Below are positions 20,605-31,061 of a DNA stretch of 64,000 nucleotides, in pieces. The notes under the pieces were generated by a model, which saw only the letters and a program-made list of their open reading frames with translations, did not search any database and was not told where the DNA came from. Location of the stretch: NCBI GenBank assembly GCA_965140705.1, contig OZ223301.1, positions 256,001-320,000 of the forward strand. The letters are read 5' to 3'. The DNA comes from an uncultured Arcobacter sp. (GTDB lineage: Bacteria > Campylobacterota > Campylobacteria > Campylobacterales > Arcobacteraceae). Position numbers and translations under genes: made by a program. Positions within the stretch are counted from its first letter, which is position 1. Every line of letters starts with the position of its first letter.

Positions 20605-22520
20605 TTGGGATTTTTTCTACAAAAAGAAGCTTTGATACTGATAATATTAGTTCTATGTTAAATTATATTTCTCATAGAGGTCCAGATGATTCAGGAATAA
20701 AATTTTTTGATACTTTAAATCCAAATCAAGATAATATAGTAGATGGAAATTTATCTTTTGGACATAAAAGATTAAGTATTCTTGATTTGTCAAAATCAGG
20801 TCATCAACCTATGTCTGATATCACTAAAAATTTTTGGATTACATATAATGGAGAAATTTTCAATTTTCAAGAGATAAGGGATAACTTAATAAAAAAAGGG
20901 TATTCCTTTCACTCAAATACAGATACAGAAGTAATAATTTATGCTTATATAGAATATGGTGAAAAATGCCTTGATTTATTTAGAGGCTTTTTTGCTTTTT
21001 GTATTTATGATATAAAAAAACAAGAACTTTTTTTAGCAAGGGATAGATTAGGATCAAAACCATTAAAATATTATTTTGATGGTGATACTTTTGCTTTTGC
21101 ATCTGAAATAAAAGCTTTTTATCCTATAAAAGAGATTAAGAAAGTAGTAAGTTTAGATTCAATTAGTGAATACCTTTCTTTAAAATATATTCCAGCTCCA
21201 AGGACTATATTTAAAGATATTAAAAAATTATCTTCAGGTCATTATATAAAGTTTTTTTTGAGTACAAGAGAATTAAATATTAAAAAATACTGGGAACCTA
21301 TTTTTGAACCTAAAGAAAAAATATCTTATTCTGAAGCTAAAATAAAAACAAAAGAACTTTTGTCTGATGCAATTAATATTAGAATGATATCAGATGTTCC
21401 TGTGGGTGTTTTTTTAAGTGGAGGAATTGATTCTTCTTCTATAGTTGCATTATTAAGGGAAAAAGATAATAATAAAGATATTAATACTTTCTCTGTAGGA
21501 TTTAACGATTCAAAATTTGATGAAAGAGTTTATGCAAAAGAGATATCAAATATATTTAAAACCAATCATACAGAGTTTTTAATTGAGCCAAATTTAGAAA
21601 ATGATTTAGAAATGATAATTAATAATTATGATGAACCTTTTTCTGACCCTTCAATAATCCCTACTTATTATTTAGCAAATAAAGTCTCAGATTATGTAAA
21701 AGTTGTACTAGGTGGTGATGGTGCTGATGAAATGTTAAGTGGATATAAAAGATATAACATTCATAAAAGAAATGCATTTTTAAATTATTTTCCCTCAAGC
21801 TTTTATAATCTTAATAATAAATTACTTTCTAAGTTAGATTTTAATCTAAATAAATCAAAAGGGATAGGAAAACTTTCTCGTATTAGTGAATCATTGGCAG
21901 GAAATTTATTAGATACTTATTATTTAAGATTAACAGGTTTTTCAAAAAAACAAAAATTTGAATTATTCAATAAAGATTTTATGCAAATAACTACTAAAGT
22001 ATGGAATAATGATATATATGATTATTTTAAAATACATAAAAATTTAAATAATATTGATTCTTTGATGGCAATTGATCAAATAACTCATTTACCTGAATAT
22101 ATTTTAACAAAATCAGATATTTCTGGAATGGCGAATAGTATAGAGGCAAGAGCCCCGTTTATAGATGTTAAATTTATAGAATGGATTAACAAATTAGAAT
22201 CTTCTTTTAAAAATAAGGGTTATAGTAAAAGAATATTGAAAGATATTTTAGAAGAAACAGGTGTTCCTAAACATATAATTCATAGAAAAAAAGCTGGTTT
22301 CACTCCTCCTTTACAAGGTTGGATAAAAGAATTAAATTTATTGGTTAAGAAATATATTTTAGATAATGATACTTTAGATTTTTTTGATAAAAATATAAGA
22401 AAAAAAATTTATGATTTTAATATAGAAAATAATTATAGTTTTTCTAATCATGTGTGGATACTTTTGGTTCTTGCAATTTGGTTGGAATCAAATAAAGAGT
22501 TTATAGAAATTGAGAAATAA
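20592..22520 (+). CDS. asnB: AsnB-like glutamine-dependent amidotransferase in the LOS cluster
   Basis: MCGI, HRGPD, RLSILDLS, HQPM, LSGGIDSS and GDGADE motifs. Confidence 0.9.
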   Translation: MCGIVGIFSTKRSFDTDNISSMLNYISHRGPDDSGIKFFDTLNPNQDNIVDGNLSFGHKRLSILDLSKSGHQPMSDITKNFWITYNGEIFNFQEIRDNLIKKGYSFHSNTDTEVIIYAYIEYGEKCLDLFRGFFAFCIYDIKKQELFLARDRLGSKPLKYYFDGDTFAFASEIKAFYPIKEIKKVVSLDSISEYLSLKYIPAPRTIFKDIKKLSSGHYIKFFLSTRELNIKKYWEPIFEPKEKISYSEAKIKTKELLSDAINIRMISDVPVGVFLSGGIDSSSIVALLREKDNNKDINTFSVGFNDSKFDERVYAKEISNIFKTNHTEFLIEPNLENDLEMIINNYDEPFSDPSIIPTYYLANKVSDYVKVVLGGDGADEMLSGYKRYNIHKRNAFLNYFPSSFYNLNNKLLSKLDFNLNKSKGIGKLSRISESLAGNLLDTYYLRLTGFSKKQKFELFNKDFMQITTKVWNNDIYDYFKIHKNLNNIDSLMAIDQITHLPEYILTKSDISGMANSIEARAPFIDVKFIEWINKLESSFKNKGYSKRILKDILEETGVPKHIIHRKKAGFTPPLQGWIKELNLLVKKYILDNDTLDFFDKNIRKKIYDFNIENNYSFSNHVWILLVLAIWLESNKEFIEIEK

Positions 22521-22544
22521 TTAGACTTAAAATAAGGATAGATT

Positions 22545-23495
22545 TTGAATAAAAAAGTTTTAATTGTAGGAAATGGTAAATCTTCAGTAAATTCTAATAT
22601 TACAGAAATAGTAAAAGATAAAGATATATTTAGAGTAAATCGATTTTATTTAGAACCTAAAAAGATTTTTGGAGATAAAATAAAGTTTTTAAGTTGTATT
22701 GGTGAACCATATAGCTTATTTATATTGAATTATTTAATGAATAAAAATGTTTATAAAATAGAAAAAATAGGTTATAAAGAGATGAATAGTAAACATTTTT
22801 TTTCACCTCTAATATCAAATAAGTTTATTCCTTGGAAAAAAATTGAATTACAATATAGTTTAGATGATAAAGTTAATGGCTTTAATGGATTAAATAGACT
22901 TAATACAAAAAGAAAACATGATAAAATTACTTCTGGTGTTTATTTAATAAATTGTGCTATACAAATGGGATATGATGATATATCAATTGTAGGTATTGAT
23001 TTTTATTCTGAAAAAAGTTTAAAGAAATATCCAATTATTACTCCAGAGAAACTAAAAAAAATCTCTCTATTTGAAGGTCAATATCGAAGTAAACGAAGAA
23101 GAAAATTGAAAAAAAGCAGTTATGATGATGATTTACACTCTTATGAAACTGATAGTTATTATGTACAACAAATCGCTAATCAATATAAAAATATAAAATT
23201 TAATATTTATGTTGATGAAGAAAATCCTTTTAATAATTGGAACAAAATAGCTAGTGAATGTGATAATATAATAGTTAATCTACTAGCTGAAAGTTCTGAA
23301 AGTGGGACTGAACTAAACTCACATTGTTTTAATGAAATTAATGAAGCTATTGATGACTATAAATCTAAATATTTTTTTAAAGATAAATATATGAGGATAA
23401 TAAATATTTTAAATAATAAAAAAACAATAATAAAAAAGCTCTTTTATTATATTACTGATAATGAATTTATGGATAAAATAAGAGGTATAAATTGA
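22545..23495 (+). CDS. GT42 (CstII-like) sialyl/nonulosonyl-transferase homolog
   Basis: VGNGKS, DIFRVNRFYLE, KITSGVY...MGYDDISIVGIDFY and HSYETD parallel the Campylobacter Cst motifs AGNGPS, DVFRCNQFYFE, RITSGVY...GIDFY and HSKNTD. Confidence 0.72.
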   Translation: MNKKVLIVGNGKSSVNSNITEIVKDKDIFRVNRFYLEPKKIFGDKIKFLSCIGEPYSLFILNYLMNKNVYKIEKIGYKEMNSKHFFSPLISNKFIPWKKIELQYSLDDKVNGFNGLNRLNTKRKHDKITSGVYLINCAIQMGYDDISIVGIDFYSEKSLKKYPIITPEKLKKISLFEGQYRSKRRRKLKKSSYDDDLHSYETDSYYVQQIANQYKNIKFNIYVDEENPFNNWNKIASECDNIIVNLLAESSESGTELNSHCFNEINEAIDDYKSKYFFKDKYMRIINILNNKKTIIKKLFYYITDNEFMDKIRGIN

Positions 23496-24460
23496 ATTTT
23501 TTAGAAAAAAGAATTCTTTTAGTTAGAAATGATAATGTTGGCGATCTCATTTGTACAATACCTTCAATAGAGGCTTTAAGAAAGAAATATCCAAATAATC
23601 AAATAGATATTGTAGTAAATAGTTATAATTATAGCGCAATTGATAAAAATCCATTTGTTAATAAAATTTATTGCTATACAAAACCCAAACATAAAAAAAG
23701 TTTTTTTGATAAGTTGAAAGCTGGATTAGGAAAGTTAAGTATTCTCCTTAAAATAATTAAAGAAAAATATGATGTTGTAATAGTTTTTAGAAGTGATTAT
23801 TCAAAATCAGCTGAGTTGTTTTCTAATATTACTAATGCAAAATACAAAATTGGAGTGAAGAATCCAAAAGGGAAAGATAATTTTAATATACACATTCCTA
23901 TTGATAATAAAAAACATGAAGTTGAATTTTGTTTTGATTGTTTAAATCCTTTAGGTATTAAATATGAAAATGAGAAAACAAGATATTATATCCCTAATGA
24001 ATTAACAAATAAATATAAAGAATATAGTAATCATATTCTTTTTCATATATCTTCTAGAATTAAAGAGAATCAATATTCCAATGAAAATTTTTTGAAAGTT
24101 ATAAATGGACTAATGGATTATAATATTTTAATAAGTGCTGAGCCAGTAAATTTTGCTGATGCAGAATATATTGAATCTAATAGTCATGCAAAATTTATAA
24201 AAACATCATCCTTAACAGACTTAGGTGGGCTAATAAAAAATGCTAAGTTATTTATAACTTTAGATGGTGGAGCAATGCATTTAGGACCAGCAGTTGGTAC
24301 AAAAACAATATCAATAAGTGGTAAAACAAATATGGATAAATGGTACCCTTGGGGATATAAGGAGTATGTAATTCAACATAAAACAAAAATTGCAAATAAT
24401 ATAGTCCCAAGTTTAATTACTGAAAAAATAAAAGGAATAAGTAGTGAAATTACTTATTAA
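23492..24460 (+). CDS. GT9 glycosyltransferase
   Basis: RNDNVGDLI, TLDGGAMH and WYPWG motifs. Confidence 0.85.
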   Translation: MNFLEKRILLVRNDNVGDLICTIPSIEALRKKYPNNQIDIVVNSYNYSAIDKNPFVNKIYCYTKPKHKKSFFDKLKAGLGKLSILLKIIKEKYDVVIVFRSDYSKSAELFSNITNAKYKIGVKNPKGKDNFNIHIPIDNKKHEVEFCFDCLNPLGIKYENEKTRYYIPNELTNKYKEYSNHILFHISSRIKENQYSNENFLKVINGLMDYNILISAEPVNFADAEYIESNSHAKFIKTSSLTDLGGLIKNAKLFITLDGGAMHLGPAVGTKTISISGKTNMDKWYPWGYKEYVIQHKTKIANNIVPSLITEKIKGISSEITY

Positions 24461-25463
24461 TAAAAGATTAGAGAAGTATAAAGTAAACTCCTCTCCAATA
24501 ACAAACCGAGATATAGAAAATGCAAAAAAAGTATTGTTTTCTGTATTTTCTAGATATGGAGATGGAATAATTTCATTTTCAATTATAAAAGAATTTATAA
24601 ATAAATTTCCTAATAAAGAGTATATTGTACTTACTTCTAGACAACAACTTCCATATGCAAAAGAAATATTATCAGATTTCAATAATGTAATAGTGAAAAA
24701 AGTGAATAAAAGAAATCCTTTTGAATTATTAACTATAGTTAGTTTTTTGAAAAATATTAATATTGATTTAGGCTTTAATCCTTGGGGACATGGTACTGAT
24801 AGTGAATATTTTATTACCTTTGCTAAAAAATTTTATTTTTATAAAAACTTTGATAATTTTGATAAAACATATAATTTATATGATAGGATTATTGAATATT
24901 TTAATTTAGAAAAAGTTGAAAAAAAAGAATTAATTCCTTTTGAAATAAATAATTTAAATTCAGTATTAATTGCTCCAATCTCTACTGATATAACAAAAAA
25001 CTTAACAATGAATCAGGTGAATTTTTTAATAAAAAAGATAAAAGATAAGTTTTCTAAAGTTGAAGTTACAGTAGCTCTCCCATCTTCTTTAAAAAAAGAA
25101 CAAGTAGATGCCAAAAAGTTTATTTTTGCTAAAAGTGTAAATAATTCATGTGAGTACTTAAATATTTTAAAAAAATCGGATCTATTCATTGGTGTTGATT
25201 CTGGTCCTTTGCATCTCTCTTTAGCATTAAAAATAGATTCTATAGCAATATTTGGGCCTACGTCACCGTTTACAATTTTTAACCATAATCAAAGAGTAGT
25301 TTATTTAAGAGATGATAAGATGAAAGATAATTTTTGTTTTGTTAAAGGATGCAATAATCCAATATGTATAAATGAAACAATGTTATCAAAAATATTTGAT
25401 GCAAATTCTGTTTTAGATAAATTTATTAATCTTGAAGAAAATAAATGTTTAATGAAAAATTGA
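24444..25463 (+). CDS. GT9 glycosyltransferase
   Basis: RYGDGII, GVDSGPLHL and IFGPT motifs. Confidence 0.83.
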   Translation: MKLLINKRLEKYKVNSSPITNRDIENAKKVLFSVFSRYGDGIISFSIIKEFINKFPNKEYIVLTSRQQLPYAKEILSDFNNVIVKKVNKRNPFELLTIVSFLKNINIDLGFNPWGHGTDSEYFITFAKKFYFYKNFDNFDKTYNLYDRIIEYFNLEKVEKKELIPFEINNLNSVLIAPISTDITKNLTMNQVNFLIKKIKDKFSKVEVTVALPSSLKKEQVDAKKFIFAKSVNNSCEYLNILKKSDLFIGVDSGPLHLSLALKIDSIAIFGPTSPFTIFNHNQRVVYLRDDKMKDNFCFVKGCNNPICINETMLSKIFDANSVLDKFINLEENKCLMKN

Positions 25464-25509
25464 TTTATGATAAATCAAAAAGTAATAAATATAATATAGG
25501 AGAAAATAA

Positions 25510-26853
25510 TTGAATTTAATATTGAACAGAAGTATTTTATTTTTTATAGGATTGTTAGTTTTTATATTACCTATTGCTCACACAATTGCAATTAGAAATA
25601 TTTCAATATTATTTTTAATATTAATATTAATTTATATTTTTTCTAGAAAAAAGATAAATAGTTTTAGAAGTTTATTTGAAAAAGAGACAAGAAATATTGC
25701 AATAATTTTATCTCTTTTTTCTTTTTGGTTGTATGTTGTAGCTTTCTTTATATCAAATGAAACTTCATGGACCTTAAGTGAAATAAAAAGTCAATGGATG
25801 ACTCCTTTAGTTTATTTTTTGTCATTTGCATTTGTGAGTATTTATTCATTAAAAGAAGAAAAAGATTTTCAGAAAAACTTTTATACTATAATTTTTTTAA
25901 TGCTGTTTATTCATGTTTTATATATAGATTTATATGCTTTTAAATATTATGTTGATACAAAATCTATTCTTAGTAGATTTGCAGGATTAACAGAAGGTCC
26001 TGATAAATCAAATTATATTACTAATGTTTTATTAGCTTTTTTAGTATCTGAGGTTGTTTATAGATTCCGAACGTCAAAAAAAGTACTTAATATAAATAAT
26101 TTTGTATTATTTTTAATAATAGGATTAACAATTATAAGTTCTGTTTTTGAGGGAATGAGAAATGGTGTAGTTGCAGTTATATTTTTGACAATAAGTGGAA
26201 TATTTCTATCTTTTTATAATAATGAAAAATATACAAAAAAATTTAAAATAATTGTCTCACTATTTATTTTGATTATATTAACTTTTCCAACTATATATAA
26301 TATAAAAAATGACAAAAGATGGAATACCTTAATATCAACAATACCTTATGCACTAGATACACAAGTAAATAAGTATTGGTTAAATAGTAAGAAATACTCT
26401 TTACCTAAGTTTCCTAATGGAAATGACGTTGAGGCATCTGCATATTTAAGGTTCGCCTGGGGATATGAAGGATTAAAATTAATTGTAGAAAATCCCCTTG
26501 GTCTTGGTTTTGGAAGAAATGCTTTTGCTCATGGTCTAAAAGCTAAATATGATGATGTAAAAAATGTAGGTCATTCTCATAGTGGATTAATAGATTTAAC
26601 TATTGGAGTTGGAATTCCTGGTTTACTTCTTTGGTTAAGTTTTGGAATATATTTGATGTATTTATCTTATATAATTTTTATAAAATATCATAGTTTTTAT
26701 GCTTTAGTTTTATTCTTTAATGTATCAGGCTTTTTTTCTAGGTTTGTAGTTGATAGTAATATGAGGGATCATATGTTTGAAACATTTATGCTAATTATTG
26801 GATTTTCATTTATATTTATGCTAAAAGACAAATATGATGCTGAAAAAAATTAA
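25510..26853 (+). CDS. O-antigen ligase family (WaaL-like) membrane protein
   Basis: Multi-TM protein with a periplasmic loop containing R...NPLGLGFG and HSHS...GIPG. Confidence 0.8.
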   Translation: MNLILNRSILFFIGLLVFILPIAHTIAIRNISILFLILILIYIFSRKKINSFRSLFEKETRNIAIILSLFSFWLYVVAFFISNETSWTLSEIKSQWMTPLVYFLSFAFVSIYSLKEEKDFQKNFYTIIFLMLFIHVLYIDLYAFKYYVDTKSILSRFAGLTEGPDKSNYITNVLLAFLVSEVVYRFRTSKKVLNINNFVLFLIIGLTIISSVFEGMRNGVVAVIFLTISGIFLSFYNNEKYTKKFKIIVSLFILIILTFPTIYNIKNDKRWNTLISTIPYALDTQVNKYWLNSKKYSLPKFPNGNDVEASAYLRFAWGYEGLKLIVENPLGLGFGRNAFAHGLKAKYDDVKNVGHSHSGLIDLTIGVGIPGLLLWLSFGIYLMYLSYIIFIKYHSFYALVLFFNVSGFFSRFVVDSNMRDHMFETFMLIIGFSFIFMLKDKYDAEKN

Positions 26854-27880
26854 ATTTATCCGTGCCAATAAAACAAAATTTGGGGGAGCAGAAGTCTATC
26901 TTTCTCGACTTTCAGATGAATTAAATAAGTTAAATATTGCACATGATTTAATTCACTCTTCTATTCCAAAATTTTTGCCTTCATGGCTTAGAGTACTTTT
27001 ATTTAATGATGAGGTATGTAAAAATAAAAAAGATAATTTTTATTTTTCTTTGGAAAGAATCTCTTGTCCTGATATTTATCGTGCTGGAGATGGGGTACAT
27101 AAAGTATTTTTGCAAATTGAAAAGAAATCTAAATTTAATCCTTTACATATTGTTTATTTAACTCTAGAAAAAAAATGTTTTTCTAATGCAAAAAAAATCA
27201 TAGCAATTTCAAATATGGTGAAAAGTGATATAATAAATGCATATGACATAGAGCCAAATAAGATTGAAGTTGTCTATAATGGTTTTAAACTTAATAAAGC
27301 TAATTATAATAAGTCTTATGAAAATCTAAAGAAAGAGTTTGATTTAGAAAAACGAAAAAACGAAAAAGTATTTTTGTATGTAGGCAGTGGATATAAAAGG
27401 AAAGGTGTTAAAGAATTTTTAGTGATATTATCAAAATTAAGAAATACTAATTTTTTTGCTTTTATTATAGGGAAGGAGAAAAAGTTAAATTATTATAAAA
27501 ATTATGCTAAAGAATTAGGGCTAGAGGATAAAGTAATATTTACTGGTCCTAGAAGTGATGTTAAGGATTTTTACTCTATTTCAGATATATTTTTATTTCC
27601 AACAAAATATGAACCTTTTGGTAATGTAATTATTGAAGCAATGAATTATGAAAATGTTGTTATAACTACAAAATATTGCGGTGGAGGTGAAATAATCAAT
27701 CAAGAATATATAATGGAAACCCCTACAGATTATTCAATAATTGAAAAGATAGATAATCTTCTTGCAAATGAAGATAAAATATCTGAAATAAAAGCTCAAA
27801 ATTTAGAGATAGTAAAAAACTTCTCAATTGAAAAAAATGTTGAACAAACTTTGAAAGTGATAAATGAAGTTATTAATTGA
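26834..27880 (+). CDS. GT4 glycosyltransferase (WaaG/WabG-like)
   Basis: FGGAE, YRAGDGVH, RKG and YEPFGNVIIEAM (EX7E) motifs. Confidence 0.88.
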   Translation: MMLKKIKFIRANKTKFGGAEVYLSRLSDELNKLNIAHDLIHSSIPKFLPSWLRVLLFNDEVCKNKKDNFYFSLERISCPDIYRAGDGVHKVFLQIEKKSKFNPLHIVYLTLEKKCFSNAKKIIAISNMVKSDIINAYDIEPNKIEVVYNGFKLNKANYNKSYENLKKEFDLEKRKNEKVFLYVGSGYKRKGVKEFLVILSKLRNTNFFAFIIGKEKKLNYYKNYAKELGLEDKVIFTGPRSDVKDFYSISDIFLFPTKYEPFGNVIIEAMNYENVVITTKYCGGGEIINQEYIMETPTDYSIIEKIDNLLANEDKISEIKAQNLEIVKNFSIEKNVEQTLKVINEVIN

Positions 27881-28790
27881 AATACCAACTTGGCTTGGTG
27901 ATACTATTATGGCAACTCCTGCTATTGAAAATCTTTTAAATTATTATCCCAAGGCTAGTGTTACTATTTTGGGCTCTTTTGTTGCTACATCAGTTTTTAA
28001 AAACCATCCAAGAGTTAATAATATAGTTGTAGATGAAACAAAGAAGAAAAAAAATCGTTATGTGGCATTATATAAGTTATCAAAAGAGATTGGTAAGTTT
28101 GATATGTCTGTTAGTTTTCGAAGTTCTTTCTCTACAAAGTTATTTTTATTTTTTGTGGGTTCACCTAAAAGATTTAGATATAAAAAAATAAAAAAGCATA
28201 TGCATCAAGTTCTACGTTACAATGACTTTATAAATAAAGTTTTAAAGCAAAAAAATGAAGCAGGGGATTTAAAGCTTTATTATAAACCTTTTGAATATAA
28301 AAAACCAACTTTAGGAATAAATCCAGGTGCAACTTATGGAAGTGCAAAGAGATGGTATCCTGAAGAGTTTGCTAAGGTAGCTATAAATTTAGCTTCAAAA
28401 TATGACATAATCATTTTTGGTGGTTTAGGTGAAGTCGATATTGCTAATGACATAGCAGAGTCTTTAAAGAGTAGTGGAATATCAAATTATGAAAATTTAG
28501 CTGGTAAAACTACAGTTTCTGAATTGATAGAAAAGATTGCAGGATTGGATATTTTTGTTACAAATGATTCTGGACCTATGCATATTGCAGCAGCTTATAA
28601 AGTCCAAACATATAGTATCTTTGGACCTACAAAATATAAAGAGACTAATCAATGGAATAATCCAAATGAGCACATTATTACTAAAAACTTAGATTGTGCC
28701 CCTTGTATGAAAAGAGTGTGCCCCTTAGGTCATCATGATTGTATGAAGTTAATTAAAGCAGAAGATGTATTAAAGGTGATAAATGAATAA
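27864..28790 (+). CDS. waaF: LPS heptosyltransferase II (GT9)
   Basis: PTWLGD, PGATYGSAKRW, NDSGPMH and CAPCMKRVCPLGHHDCM motifs. Confidence 0.92.
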   Translation: MKLLIEIPTWLGDTIMATPAIENLLNYYPKASVTILGSFVATSVFKNHPRVNNIVVDETKKKKNRYVALYKLSKEIGKFDMSVSFRSSFSTKLFLFFVGSPKRFRYKKIKKHMHQVLRYNDFINKVLKQKNEAGDLKLYYKPFEYKKPTLGINPGATYGSAKRWYPEEFAKVAINLASKYDIIIFGGLGEVDIANDIAESLKSSGISNYENLAGKTTVSELIEKIAGLDIFVTNDSGPMHIAAAYKVQTYSIFGPTKYKETNQWNNPNEHIITKNLDCAPCMKRVCPLGHHDCMKLIKAEDVLKVINE

Positions 28791-29655
28791 AAAATTATCT
28801 ATTTATTATAAATTAAATAATGTACTTATTGAAAAACTTCTAAAAGATGAAAATGTAAGTTTATATAAAAAACAATCTATTTTCCAAAAGCTTGCTTTCA
28901 AGGCTAAAATTTATCCCGATGTCTATTTTCATAATGGTCCTTTAGATGAAGAAGCTATTGAGATGATTGAAAATGCCAAAAAAACGATAGCTAACTCTTA
29001 TACTATGAAAATAGAGATAATAAAAACTTGCAAGATTACAAATGATAAAGTAGAGGTTATTTATCCAACTATTACATCCACTTATCTTAAGCCAAAAGAT
29101 TCGAAAGAGATTCTTTCTCAAGAGTTTGAGTTTGATAAAAAGAATAAAATTATTCTTTTTCATTCTAAAAATCTTTTGAAAAATGGTGTTTTAGAATTCC
29201 TTGATATTTTGGCTTCTTTAAGTAGTGATAATTATACAGCAATAATTGCAGGGAGCAAAAATCAAATTTATTCATTGAAGTTTAAATTTACAAAGTACAA
29301 TTTAGATGATAAAGTTATATTTATAGAAGATTATAAAAATATTGATTTGTTATATAGTGCTGCTGATATTTTTATTTTACCAACTTATGTAAAAGCCTTT
29401 TCATCAAATGTTTTAAAAGCTATGTTTTTTAAAACAGCTGTTTTTGTAAGTGCAAATAGTGCCTCAAAAGAGGTTATTGATATATTTTCAACTATGGATT
29501 CTCCAAGGGATAGATCAATGCAGTTTAAAGTTGAAGCTTTATTGTTAAATAAAGATGAACTAAAGGGGATCAAAAAAGCCAATAAAGAGAGTTCTTCTGA
29601 GTTCTTATTTGACGTTCAATTTCGAAGATTAAAAGAGATAGTTTTCAATATTTAA
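28783..29655 (+). CDS. Divergent GT4-like protein
   Basis: GT-B C-terminal domain (YSAADIFILPT), but the EX7E motif is replaced by KAFSSNVLK. Confidence 0.7.
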   Translation: MNKKLSIYYKLNNVLIEKLLKDENVSLYKKQSIFQKLAFKAKIYPDVYFHNGPLDEEAIEMIENAKKTIANSYTMKIEIIKTCKITNDKVEVIYPTITSTYLKPKDSKEILSQEFEFDKKNKIILFHSKNLLKNGVLEFLDILASLSSDNYTAIIAGSKNQIYSLKFKFTKYNLDDKVIFIEDYKNIDLLYSAADIFILPTYVKAFSSNVLKAMFFKTAVFVSANSASKEVIDIFSTMDSPRDRSMQFKVEALLLNKDELKGIKKANKESSSEFLFDVQFRRLKEIVFNI

Positions 29656-29715
29656 ATTAAACTTAAGATAAAAAAGATATAATTCGCAGATATTTTGAAA
29701 ATAGAAGGAAAAATA

Positions 29716-29904
29716 ATGTCAAGAAGATGTGCAATATCTGGAAAAGGACCTATGTCTGGAAACAACGTAAGTCATGCAAAAAACAGAACAAAAAGAAGAT
29801 TTTTACCTAACTTAAGAACTGTAAGAGTTACTTTAGATGATGGTACTACTCAAAAGATTAAAATATCGGCAAAAGAGCTAAGAACTCTTAAGAAAAACTC
29901 ATAA
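29716..29904 (+). CDS. rpmB: 50S ribosomal protein L28
   Basis: [42 protein letters not shown]. Confidence 0.98.
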   Translation: MSRRCAISGKGPMSGNNVSHAKNRTKRRFLPNLRTVRVTLDDGTTQKIKISAKELRTLKKNS

Positions 29905-29930
29905 TAGAGGCACTATAATAAAGTGCTTCT

Positions 29931-31061
29931 ATGAGCATCTTTCATAAATTAAAGAAGTCCCTTGGCTGGGAACTTAGATCTTCTAAACCTGAATACGATC
30001 TCAACCCCCTAATATATTCACAACTAAAACCTTTTAGAGTACCATTAGTACTTGTACAACTATTAATGATGGTTGGAACAATTGGATATGTTCTAATTGA
30101 TGGTTTTCCTATTTTAGATGCTATTTATCAAACTGGTATTACATTTACTACAGTTGGTTTTGGAGAAGTTGCTCCTATTTCAGATGCAGGTAGATTTTTC
30201 ACCGTTACACTTATTATTATTGGGTTCGCCCTTTTTACACTTTCTATTGCTGTACTTATTGAGTCAATTGTAAAGGGTAATCTTATTGAATTATATAAGG
30301 AAAGAAACATGCTTTATAAAATTGCAAGACTTCGTAGACATTTTGTAATATTTCACCACAATGAATATACAATTCAATTAGCAAGACAATTTAGAGAAAA
30401 TCATGTACCTTTTGTAGTTGTTGATCCACGAGAAGATATGGAAGAGATAGCAAAAGAGTATCACTATCCATATTTTGTATGTGAAGAATCATTTACTGAA
30501 AAAGCATTTTTAAAATCTCATTTGTCGTCTGCAAAAGGTGTTATAACTTTGTCAAGAAATATTTCTGACAATATTACTTTGATTGCTTCTGTAAGACTTT
30601 ATGAAAAAGAGTTAGGACGAAATAAACCATTTTTAATTATCTCAAATGCTGAGACACAACACGATAAAGAGAGACTTAAAAAACTAGGGGCTGATAAAGT
30701 TGTTGCTTCTCCATCTTTGATGGCAAAAAGAGTTTCAGCAATGGCTGTGCGTCCTGATATGGAAAATGTGCTTGAAGAGTTTTTATATAAACCTGATACT
30801 CCAATTGATATGGAAGAGGTACTTGTAAAAGAAGATTCTTGGTTAGTATCTAGACAATTAAAAGATATTCATCTAAGGGATAGATATAAAGTTTCTGTAA
30901 TAGGAATTACAGAAAAAAGAGGAAGATTTATTCAAATGCCTAAGGGAACTATTATTATAGAAGGTAATTGTAAATTACTTTTAGTAGGGAATCAAAAAGG
31001 TATAGCAAAAGCTAAAATATTAGTCAATCAAAAATATATGCCAGAGGAGTGTACAAAATAA
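29931..31061 (+). CDS. Potassium channel protein with TrkA-N/C (RCK) domains
   Basis: TTVGFGE selectivity filter followed by RCK domains. Confidence 0.92.
   Translation: MSIFHKLKKSLGWELRSSKPEYDLNPLIYSQLKPFRVPLVLVQLLMMVGTIGYVLIDGFPILDAIYQTGITFTTVGFGEVAPISDAGRFFTVTLIIIGFALFTLSIAVLIESIVKGNLIELYKERNMLYKIARLRRHFVIFHHNEYTIQLARQFRENHVPFVVVDPREDMEEIAKEYHYPYFVCEESFTEKAFLKSHLSSAKGVITLSRNISDNITLIASVRLYEKELGRNKPFLIISNAETQHDKERLKKLGADKVVASPSLMAKRVSAMAVRPDMENVLEEFLYKPDTPIDMEEVLVKEDSWLVSRQLKDIHLRDRYKVSVIGITEKRGRFIQMPKGTIIIEGNCKLLLVGNQKGIAKAKILVNQKYMPEECTK

Noticed and set aside
14748..29655. Phase-variable homopolymer tracts in the LOS genes
   Set aside because: No long poly-G/C tracts. A/T runs of 8-9 are expected at this composition, and all ORFs appear intact.
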